Below are positions 62,001 to 64,000 of a stretch of DNA of 64,000 nucleotides, one piece after another. How positions within the stretch are numbered: the stretch's first letter is position 1; each line of letters starts with the position of its first letter. The stretch covers positions 13,642,001 to 13,706,000 of the forward strand of contig NC_087245.1 of assembly GCF_037042905.1 (NCBI RefSeq), read 5' to 3'. A model generated the notes under the pieces. It saw only the letters and a program-made list of their open reading frames with translations, ran no database searches and was not told where the DNA came from. Position numbers and translations under genes: made by a program. This DNA is from Lytechinus pictus (taxonomy: Eukaryota).

Positions 62001-62450
62001 TCATCAGACCCAAGGATTACTCTGATTACAGTGATGACCAGACTTTTCACTAGAATAGTTAATCTGGTCTGACATATTTTACATCTTTGGGCTTGTATTA
62101 ATGAACAAAGATATAAGTCAGGAGTTGGGGGTGGCACTAGGGTTCCCATATTGATGCAAACGCCACTGTTTTCCTGAGGGGCACCCCTGAAGGAAAATTG
62201 TCACATTCATGTCACATCTCATTCCATTTTGTTCATTGCTAATTCAGACAAAATCAGATATTTTAGTTGATTCACCTTCCTTTGCCTCATGACAGGGAAA
62301 TGAAGAACGTCTGCTTCGTCAATACCACTTCATTGCCTGGCCAACCCACAGCACACCCAAGGTTAGCAGACCAGTGCTAAGCTTTGTGAAAAACATCAGA
62401 GACGAGTTAGCATCGGCCAAGCTCAAAGGACCACTTGTCATCCATTGTGG
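600..62450 (+). CDS. Giant receptor-type protein tyrosine phosphatase (R3/PTPRQ-like) gene, partial at both ends, 60 exons: >=24.5 unfamiliar Cys-containing repeats + 6 FN3 + juxtamembrane domain + TM + PTP domain
   Basis: All 60 exons have AG/GT boundaries and compatible phases; summed length 13,381 nt with no stop; PTP motifs KNRF, DYINAS, TQGP, FWRMVWE, IVML, KCDKYWP, VIHC; hydrophobic TM followed by basic residues. Confidence 0.9.
1932..2061 (+). CDS. Exon 2: end of R1
   Basis: cag|GTG...AAAG|gtaagc; VKVDLSRFACSSAPYMC...YNCK. Confidence 0.85.
2249..2394. mobile_element. Short palindromic MITE
   Basis: Terminal inverted repeats GGGCCCGTTGCAGAAAGA ... TCTTTCTGCAACGGGGCCC. Confidence 0.6.
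2389..2656. mobile_element. MITE; a related copy lies in opposite orientation at ~14755-15020
   Basis: GGGCCCTGTCTTACAA ... TTGTAAGACAGGCCC inverted ends; internal sequence matches the reverse complement of 14755-15020. Confidence 0.6.
4027..4723 (+). mobile_element. Non-autonomous Helentron-associated (HINE/DINE-1-like) element, family A copy 1
   Basis: T-run, subterminal IR GTCTCGCCTGCAT with adjacent short IR, internal ~120 bp repeats, ATGCAGGCGAGAC, short hairpin and CTTGTT end; second copy at 26901-27544. Confidence 0.65.
4777..5013 (+). CDS. Exon 3: R2 N-part
   Basis: cag|GA...ATAG|gtaatc; GINLVADS...GPLWTASFFFS. Confidence 0.85.
5538..5738 (+). CDS. Exon 4: R2 C-part
   Basis: cag|AT...CACG|gtaagt; TCANMQWLCV...ACLQITECH. 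Confidence 0.85.
5787..6365. mobile_element. Non-autonomous DNA transposon with TTAA target duplication and AGG...CCT ends (Kolobok-like)
   Basis: TTAA-AGGACAAGTCCA ... TGGACTTGACCT-TTAA; long imperfect TIRs. Confidence 0.7.
7070..7397. mobile_element. MITE with CAGGGTTCC termini (hAT-like)
   Basis: CAGGGTTCCCACAG ... CTGTTGGAACCCTC; subterminal GTCATGGAA repeats. Confidence 0.55.
7560..7789 (+). CDS. Exon 5: R3 N-part
   Basis: cag|GT...CAG|gtgggg; GVEIEET...SGINLWSLEIF. Confidence 0.8.
8142..8340 (+). CDS. Exon 6: R3 C-part
   Basis: cag|GAA...AAAG|gtaagt; PCALNNYLCV...ACVNLNCK. Confidence 0.85.
9173..9388 (+). mobile_element. Short HINE-like element
   Basis: T-run + ATGCCCG ... CGGGCAT subterminal IR, AGGTCAAAGGTCA core, hairpin and CTTGTT end. 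Confidence 0.45.
9785..10101 (+). CDS. Exon 7: R4 N-part
   Basis: cag|GA...GAT|gtgagt; GIIVTD...GLWQLDVF...QLCMD. Confidence 0.85.
10609..10723 (+). CDS. Exon 8: R4 C-part (absent from ORF track)
   Basis: tag|GTA...GAGA|gtaagt; VNYLCVRIREGVNPSPMVTLQYSTGPENFIGCAPVTCE. Confidence 0.85.
11403..11804 (+). CDS. Exon 9: complete repeat R5
   Basis: cag|CT...GCTG|gtaagt; 402 nt, phase 1-1. Confidence 0.9.
12147..12526. mobile_element. MITE with 13-bp perfect TIR and 6-bp flanking direct repeat (hAT-like termini)
   Basis: TATCTA-CAGGGTTCCCAGC ... GCTGGGAACCCTG-TATCTA; subterminal TCAGGGAA repeats. Confidence 0.7.
12643..13019 (+). mobile_element. tRNA-derived SINE, family 1
   Basis: A box TGGTGTAGTGG, B box GGTTTGAATCCC, body CCACCCAGGTGCTAAATGGGTACC, (ATT)n tail; other copies near 16800 and 23180. 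Confidence 0.85.
13285..13484 (+). CDS. Exon 10: R6 N-part
   Basis: cag|GT...CTG|gtaggt; GIALNST...GTDLWNFTVFLS. Confidence 0.85.
13582..13952. mobile_element. piggyBac-like MITE
   Basis: TTAA-CCCTATCCAGGCC ... GGCCTAGATAGGG-TTAA. Confidence 0.75.
14053..14229. mobile_element. Foldback MITE (possibly PIF/Harbinger-type), copy 1
   Basis: Near-perfect ~65 bp inverted arms TTTCATAAAGCTGTTCGTAAGTTAAGAGCGACTTTAAGAA...; CAG/CTG flanks; second copy at 44562-44740. Confidence 0.75.
14271..14490 (+). CDS. Exon 11: R6 C-part
   Basis: cag|ACC...CGAG|gtgaga; LEAGTP...GCVDFQYICV...GCAPVDCR. Confidence 0.85.
14755..15020. mobile_element. MITE related to 2389-2656
   Basis: TCTTACAAAGAG ... TCTTTGTAAGA inverted ends and shared internal sequence. 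Confidence 0.55.
15104..15511 (+). CDS. Exon 12: complete repeat R7
   Basis: aag|GT...ACAG|gtgagg; 408 nt, phase 1-1. Confidence 0.9.
16088..16213 (+). CDS. Exon 13: R8 N-part
   Basis: cag|GT...ATAG|gtaagc; GAVIDDVSL...SASI. Confidence 0.85.
16797..17080 (+). mobile_element. Degenerate SINE family 1 copy
   Basis: Similarity to 12643-13019 (CTCCACCAATGTG..AATGGGTACCC; AATGCTCTCCAGGGA; ATCTGTAAAGTGCTTA). Confidence 0.6.
17091..17363 (-). mobile_element. Degenerate tRNA-derived SINE, family 2
   Basis: Matches 51116-51385 (CCATTTACCTCAC..GGTTGA.TGCAGCACA..AAATTTCTTGCTGAAG). Confidence 0.65.
17413..17703 (+). CDS. Exon 14: R8 C-part
   Basis: cag|AT...AGAG|gtaaat; NIWQIELY...VCITVPCR. Confidence 0.85.
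18365..18781 (+). CDS. Exon 15: complete repeat R9
   Basis: cag|GG...ACTG|gtaagt; 417 nt, phase 1-1. Confidence 0.9.
19583..19785 (+). CDS. Exon 16: R10 N-part with RRRR site
   Basis: aag|GT...ACG|gtaaga; GVYIST...DLWKLTILICENDNCAASARRRRAT. Confidence 0.85.
20995..21232 (+). CDS. Exon 17: R10 C-part
   Basis: cag|AAT...AGAG|gtaagt; NPNALVEI...YLCV...TCQPLQCR. Confidence 0.85.
22209..22613 (+). CDS. Exon 18: complete repeat R11
   Basis: tag|GT...ACAG|gtacat; 405 nt, phase 1-1; GVHIQSS...SGTNLWDIEIF...ACFEYPCT. Confidence 0.9.
22890..23135 (+). CDS. Exon 19: R12 N-part
   Basis: tag|GT...CCTG|gtaggt; GVLVSAT...DAWHIQVF. Confidence 0.8.
23178..23470 (+). mobile_element. SINE family 1 copy
   Basis: TGTAGTGGTTCTGACTCTCGCCTT, TTTGAATCCCACCA and CCACCCAGGTGCTAAAT shared with the 12643 copy. 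Confidence 0.75.
24646..24828 (+). CDS. Exon 20: R12 C-part
   Basis: cag|GC...ATTG|gtaaga; YCANVNYLCV...ACTAVDCI. Confidence 0.85.
25329..25480 (+). CDS. Exon 21: R13 N-part
   Basis: tag|GA...AAG|gtcaga; GVRINSS...VSGTNIFGVK. Confidence 0.8.
26319..26607 (+). CDS. Exon 22: R13 C-part
   Basis: tag|ATC...AGGG|gtatgt; IFLSNDG...SCPPMLYLCA...ACEIVECR. Confidence 0.85.
26901..27544 (+). mobile_element. HINE-like element, family A copy 2
   Basis: Colinear with 4027-4723, including the GTCTCGCCTGCAT / ATGCAGGCGAGAC IRs and CTTGTT end. Confidence 0.65.
27642..28040 (+). CDS. Exon 23: complete repeat R14
   Basis: tag|AT...AAAG|gttggt; 399 nt, phase 1-1. Confidence 0.85.
28690..28923 (+). CDS. Exon 24: R15 N-part
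   Basis: cag|TA...GTTG|gtgagc; VTEIDSS...GDELWRIV. Confidence 0.85.
29291..29479 (+). CDS. Exon 25: R15 C-part
   Basis: cag|GC...CAAG|gtaatt; DCASMPYLCV...ICKENVRCQ. Confidence 0.85.
30046..30362 (+). CDS. Exon 26: R16 N-part
   Basis: cag|GT...AGG|gtaggt; GIVITNN...PWMVTIF...LVCPQR. Confidence 0.85.
30609..30720 (+). CDS. Exon 27: R16 C-part
   Basis: tag|GAT...CACG|gtaaga; DIYLCAEFNKNASRESDFTLDFQSPSVRYAMREVACH. Confidence 0.85.
31667..31941 (+). CDS. Exon 28: R17 N-part
   Basis: cag|GC...ATG|gtatgt; GVEISST...SGADLWSFLIY. Confidence 0.85.
31877..32106 (+). repeat. Diverged local tandem duplication (offset 126 bp) of the 3' end and donor of exon 28
   Basis: 31877-31980 aligns without gaps to 32003-32106. 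Confidence 0.85.
32497..32647 (+). CDS. Exon 29: R17 C-part
   Basis: cag|GTG...AGAG|gtaaga; ECIEMPYLCM...DCFMLDCR. Confidence 0.85.
33180..33409 (+). CDS. Exon 30: R18 N-part
   Basis: aag|GT...CAG|gtatta; GVYIDEF...SGSNLWEIF. Confidence 0.85.
33745..33860. mobile_element. 116-bp hAT-type MITE with perfect 8-bp TSD
   Basis: ATCATTAT-CAGTGGCGGACCGTGACCCGGAGGAGACAAAG ... CTTTGTCTCCTCCGGGTCACGGTCCGCTACTG-ATCATTAT. Confidence 0.85.
34309..34498 (+). CDS. Exon 31: R18 C-part
   Basis: cag|GAT...AGAG|gtatgg; TCENVMYLCF...SCVPIDCR. Confidence 0.85.
34914..35327 (+). CDS. Exon 32: complete repeat R19
   Basis: cag|GG...ATAG|gtcagt; 414 nt, phase 1-1. Confidence 0.9.
35660..35900 (+). mobile_element. 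Degenerate 3' end of an L2/CR1-group LINE
   Basis: Remnant coding GDGTFTVAS...ESFKKSLKTFLF followed by an (ATT)-rich tail. Confidence 0.5.
36016..36435 (+). CDS. Exon 33: complete repeat R20
   Basis: cag|GT...AGAG|gtatgt; 420 nt, phase 1-1. Confidence 0.9.
37046..37131 (+). CDS. Exon 34: R21 N-part (absent from ORF track)
   Basis: cag|GT...ACT|gtaagt; GVRVESLFINFMSGLPLLELTASHEVNFT. Confidence 0.8.
37845..38010. repeat. (GAT)n imperfect microsatellite
   Basis: Direct reading. Confidence 0.9.
38043..38358 (+). CDS. Exon 35: R21 C-part
   Basis: cag|CTG...AATG|gtaata; GEDLWSL...VCDSEFFLCV...VCRSFVCN. Confidence 0.85.
39205..39395 (+). CDS. Exon 36: R22 N-part
   Basis: tag|GT...TCG|gtaagt; GVNLTNA...GRDLWHFEFF. 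Confidence 0.85.
39621..39858 (+). CDS. Exon 37: R22 C-part
   Basis: cag|CCA...GCTG|gtaagt; SCDTPRYLCV...TCRPIECA. Confidence 0.85.
40784..40980 (+). CDS. Exon 38: R23 N-part
   Basis: cag|GA...CCG|gtaagt; GVKFVSV...GENLFQVDVF. Confidence 0.85.
41395..41574. mobile_element. Palindromic MITE-like element
   Basis: GAGTTCACT..GTTGCCAGTTTGCGCCA ... TGGCGCGAACTGGCAAC..AGTGGACTC inverted arms. Confidence 0.55.
41920..42157 (+). CDS. Exon 39: R23 C-part
   Basis: aag|GTC...GCAG|gtaatg; SCSELSYIFV...LQPCA. Confidence 0.85.
42364..42953. mobile_element. Non-autonomous DNA transposon with TTAA TSD and ~190 bp TIRs (Kolobok-like)
   Basis: TTAA-AGGGGTGGTCCGGGCTGAAA ... TTTCAGCCCGGACCATCCCT-TTAA; shares GAAAATTTCATCAAAATC with 5787-6365. 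Confidence 0.8.
43012..43163 (+). CDS. Exon 40: R24 N-part (absent from ORF track)
   Basis: tag|GC...GAA|gtatgt; GIIVNSVIPTLNLGSNNILEGDSAHTFSFSVDVSTGNGIITDGTNEDWQLE. Confidence 0.85.
43229..43366 (+). mobile_element. Internally deleted HINE family A-like remnant
   Basis: GTCTCACCTGCATAGCAG ... ATGCAGGTGAGTC ends only ~100 bp apart. Confidence 0.45.
44027..44285 (+). CDS. Exon 41: R24 C-part (last repeat)
   Basis: tag|GTG...TTAG|gtaaca; GCDQFRYFCA...GCVSSQLTCL. Confidence 0.85.
44562..44740. mobile_element. Foldback MITE, copy 2 of 14053-14229
   Basis: Same inverted arms; CTG flanks. Confidence 0.75.
45257..45526 (+). CDS. Exon 42: FN3 domain 1
   Basis: cag|CA...CTAT|gtacgt; LTVEWEP...FTGLTPGNNYTVSI. 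Confidence 0.9.
45591..47041 (+). mobile_element. HINE/DINE-1-like element with a central tandem array
   Basis: T-run, GTCTCGCCCAC with adjacent IR, (GTCC)n microsatellite, 8 tandem units, GTGGGCGAGAC, hairpin, CTTGTT end. Confidence 0.7.
45663..46912 (+). repeat. Tandem array of 8 units of ~157 bp (144-162 bp)
   Basis: AACTC anchor recurs at 45673, 45830, 45988, 46145, 46307, 46464, 46614, 46758. Confidence 0.95.
48343..48651 (+). CDS. Exon 43: FN3 domain 2
   Basis: cag|AT...GCAA|gtaagt; ITVTWPRP...SSLTPAQSYVIEVRA. Confidence 0.9.
49526..49813 (+). CDS. Exon 44: FN3 domain 3
   Basis: aag|AG...ACAA|gtaatg; SVSLGWNSP...SSLLPGVEYSFTIQA. Confidence 0.88.
50407..50667 (+). CDS. Exon 45: FN3 domain 4
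   Basis: cag|CC...TCTC|gtaagt; PVPPQNI...TGLTAGTLYTYRV. Confidence 0.9.
50817..51092 (+). CDS. Exon 46: FN3 domain 5
   Basis: cag|GT...ACAA|gtaagt; PSPPREP...ITIVWE...LTGIDPYT. Confidence 0.9.
51116..51385 (-). mobile_element. tRNA-derived SINE, family 2
   Basis: Reverse strand A box TGGCCCAGTGG, B box GGTTCGAATCCC, (ATT)n tail; matches 61016-61290. Confidence 0.85.
51722..51852 (+). CDS. Exon 47: FN3 domain 6, part 1
   Basis: tag|GG...AGT|gtgagt; PDPVQNL...PNGFITGYLISY. Confidence 0.88.
52331..52441 (+). CDS. Exon 48: FN3 domain 6, part 2
   Basis: cag|GAT...TTT|gtaagt; IANLDPGVVYEFF. Confidence 0.88.
52904..53135. repeat. Degenerate ~25-bp minisatellite (approx. GCATTTGACCTGTTGTTCTTAATG)
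   Basis: Repeated TTTGACCT / TTCTTAATG units. Confidence 0.65.
53151..53217 (+). CDS. Exon 49: FN3 domain 6, part 3
   Basis: cag|GTA...GGAG|gttagt; VQAVNDEGTSDAESGLITLVAG. Confidence 0.85.
53678..53827 (+). CDS. Exon 50: juxtamembrane extracellular domain, part 1
   Basis: tag|AT...CACG|gtatgt; FSDVNGFVIAFQVFVVED resembles the FSDxNG motif of R3 RPTPs. Confidence 0.88.
54224..54461 (+). CDS. Exon 51: juxtamembrane domain, part 2, with RRKR site
   Basis: cag|CA...TACAG|gtacta; GRRKRQ...FTIGTETEC...CNGPLEPLTSYR (CNGPL motif of R3-type RPTPs). Confidence 0.9.
54540..54785 (-). mobile_element. 3' fragment of a CR1-type LINE ORF2
   Basis: Minus-strand RICNLWNCLPEFVVESRDVLQFVKRIDIWW matches the CR1 C-terminal WNxLP...FKxRLD pattern. 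Confidence 0.7.
55222..55510 (-). mobile_element. SINE family 2 copy
   Basis: GGTACCCATTCACCTCACCTGGGTCGAGTGCAGCACA..AAATTTCTTGCTGAAGGAAA..CCATGGCTGGG. Confidence 0.75.
55658..55725 (+). CDS. Exon 52: juxtamembrane domain, part 3
   Basis: cag|G...ACAA|gtaagt; ILVRAYTDGGFADSPWSDPIST. Confidence 0.88.
56265..56388 (+). CDS. Exon 53: transmembrane helix
   Basis: tag|AA...AAGAG|gtaaat; WFTIPIIIYGVIIFFIMIFLILCCL followed by basic RHRRKKVK. Confidence 0.9.
57048..57176 (+). CDS. Exon 54: cytoplasmic juxtamembrane linker
   Basis: tag|C...TCACG|gtgagt; phase 2-2; SPGPRKARGFHSPKQ...PPAILSR. Confidence 0.75.
57197..57598. mobile_element. Probable TTAA-flanked MITE
   Basis: TTAAAGATAAATACCAGTTGTGG ... 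GCAACTACTGTCCTTTACCTTTAA imperfect inverted ends. Confidence 0.45.
57837..57918 (+). CDS. Exon 55: PTP domain N-terminal (wedge) region
   Basis: cag|G...GAT|gtaagt; RPVLSSQFALHYNEMIANKQHKFTLEFD. Confidence 0.88.
57950..58250. repeat. (GAT/GAC/AAT)n imperfect microsatellite
   Basis: Direct reading. Confidence 0.9.
58506..58596 (+). CDS. Exon 56: PTP domain, pTyr-recognition loop
   Basis: cag|GAT...CCGT|gtaagc; DLRNIG...ENKNKNRFGNILP. Confidence 0.9.
58911..59560 (-). mobile_element. Probable degenerate LINE 3' remnant with (AAT)n tail
   Basis: (TTA)n at 58911 and minus-strand ARTQRLHCSPIHYFPRVWEEL resembling a LINE ORF2 C-terminus. Confidence 0.35.
59938..59999 (+). CDS. Exon 57: PTP domain motifs 2-3
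   Basis: cag|AC...TCT|gtaagt; YNETRVSLSGSQDYINASFIS. Confidence 0.92.
60778..60912 (+). CDS. Exon 58: PTP domain motifs 4-6
   Basis: cag|GGT...AAG|gtgagt; [31 protein letters not shown]. Confidence 0.93.
61016..61290 (+). mobile_element. tRNA-derived SINE, family 2
   Basis: GGAGCGTTGTGGCCCAGTGG A box, GGTTCGAATCCC B box, GCGCTATATAA and (ATT)n tail. Confidence 0.85.
61515..61637 (+). CDS. Exon 59: PTP domain motif 7
   Basis: cag|GAG...GTG|gtacga; EKCDKYWP...WAIRDFRLKV. Confidence 0.9.
62296..62450 (+). CDS. Exon 60: PTP domain WPD-loop region and start of the catalytic signature
   Basis: cag|GGA...TGTGG|gtaagt; RQYHFIAWPTHSTP...GPLVIHCG. Confidence 0.92.
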
Positions 62451-62666
62451 GTAAGTGCAGAGATCAGAAGAGAAATCCTGTCCAAGATTTACCTTAACAC
62501 TCCTTCATTGATTCACTCATCACAGCCAAGTCATTATGTATCTTGCTCTTCAAACCTTCTCTTGCACTGTCTAACTACAGCAGTCACAATGACAAATATC
62601 ACTGGCAACTGTAAAGGATCTTGATAGTCACCAATCATATTGATAGAGAGGCGGCAATTAGGAGCG

Positions 62667-64000
62667 AAGCAGAAATACTCTTGCTATAGGAATATTTTAA
62701 CATCTGTACTACGAGACGCTAAAAAATCATATTATGATGAAAAGTTTAAGTCAGTCTTCAAAGATATGAAGGGAACCTGGAAAATTATAAGACAAACGCT
62801 AAATTCAAAACAAAAGAGTCAGGGTCCCTCTAAACTTTTAGTAGATGGGGTTTTGACTGAAGATCATGTACAAATGAGTAACGCTTGTAATCAATTCTTC
62901 TCATCAATAGGAAATAAATTGTCATCTAGTCTTCCCGCAAGTAAAAAACTCTTCCATGATTACCTTGGTAATCGACTTCCCTGTTCATGTTTCTTTACTC
63001 CTGTCGTTGAAAAGGAAGTGATTGACATTGTTCATAATTTGAAAACAAATAAGGCTGCTGGGTATGATGGCCTATCTAATAAGCTTATTAAAGAAGTTAT
63101 TGATGTTATTGTTTCTCCTATTACTCATATATTCAATTTATCTATTGTACATGGAATCGTTCCTTTGAGTATGAAGATAGCCAAAGTTGTGCCGATTTAC
63201 AAAAAGGGAAACCCTCAGGAAGTTGGAAATTACCGGCCCATCTCTCTTCTTACATGTTTTTCTAAAATTCTTGAAAAGATAATTTCTGTTCGTGTTATGA
63301 AATTTTTGAAAACTAATAATATTCTCGCTCCTGAACAATTTGGTTTTCGTGAAAAACATACTACCTCTCATGCTCTGTTACATTTTATTGACAAAATTTC
63401 TTCCGCAAAAGATAATGGGCTACATACTGTCGGTATATTCCTAGACTACTCCAAAGCCTTCGACACGATTGACCATGACATCCTTTTGTATAAACTATCT
63501 TTCTATGGATTCCGGGGTAAGGCTTTGGAGTGGTTCAAGAGCTACCTCTCTGATAGAAAACAGTTTGTATTTTTAAATGGTGTTAAGTCTCCCATGCAGT
63601 CAATTACATGTGGAGTGCCACAAGGTTCACTCCTTGGACCTATCTTATTTCTCATATATATTAATGATTTCCCTCAGTCATCAAAAATCCTTTCATTTAT
63701 CCTGTTTGCAGATGACTCAAGCATATTTTTTTCTGAAAAGAACCCCTGCAATTTATTGCAAACTATCAATTCAGAATTGATTTCTGTTAACGAATGGATC
63801 ATTGCTAACAGGCTTTCCTTAAATCTTGTTAAAACAAACTACATGTTATTCAGCAACACCCTAGCAACATTGCCAGATAATATTACAATCAGTGATGTTC
63901 AGATTACTGAAGTCTTGAGTACAAAATTCCTTGGGGTACACATTGATAGTAAGCTGAACTGGAAAGTTCACATATCCTATTTATGTAAACTTCTTTCCAG
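62667..64000 (+). mobile_element. 5'-truncated non-LTR retrotransposon (CR1/L2-group LINE) ORF2 with uninterrupted reverse transcriptase, running off the window
   Basis: Open frame with KYSCYRNILT, NYRPISLL, QFGFR, FLDYSKAFDTIDH, GVPQGSLLGP, LFADD, KFLGVHID; missing from the ORF track, presumably because no stop occurs in the window. Confidence 0.93.

Noticed and set aside
57837..62450. Assigning the gene symbol PTPRQ
   Set aside because: The similarity is by eye only and the ectodomain and WPT loop differ; orthology needs a phylogeny

Overview
Eukaryotic, AT-rich, intron-dense genomic DNA. It is probably from a marine deuterostome such as a sea urchin, which is an inference from the repeat landscape only. 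Almost the whole window is one partial + strand gene, reconstructed by hand as 60 GT-AG exons (600..62450) whose phases join without stops into about 13.4 kb of CDS (about 4,460 aa), open at both ends. It encodes a giant receptor-type protein tyrosine phosphatase of R3/PTPRQ-like type. The domain order is: at least 24 complete plus one partial copy of an unfamiliar 133-147 aa repeat (usually four Cys), six fibronectin type III domains, the R3-type juxtamembrane domain, one transmembrane helix, and a PTP domain with non-canonical catalytic motifs (KNRF, WPT instead of WPD, HCG). Two furin-type sites lie in the ectodomain. Introns hold tRNA-derived SINEs, Helentron/HINE-like elements (one with 8 x ~157 bp units, each carrying a perfect DR1 motif), several MITE families, LINE remnants, an uninterrupted LINE reverse transcriptase at the right edge, microsatellites and many TACATGTA transposon-footprint-like scars. 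All exon calls are manual, with no transcript or database support.
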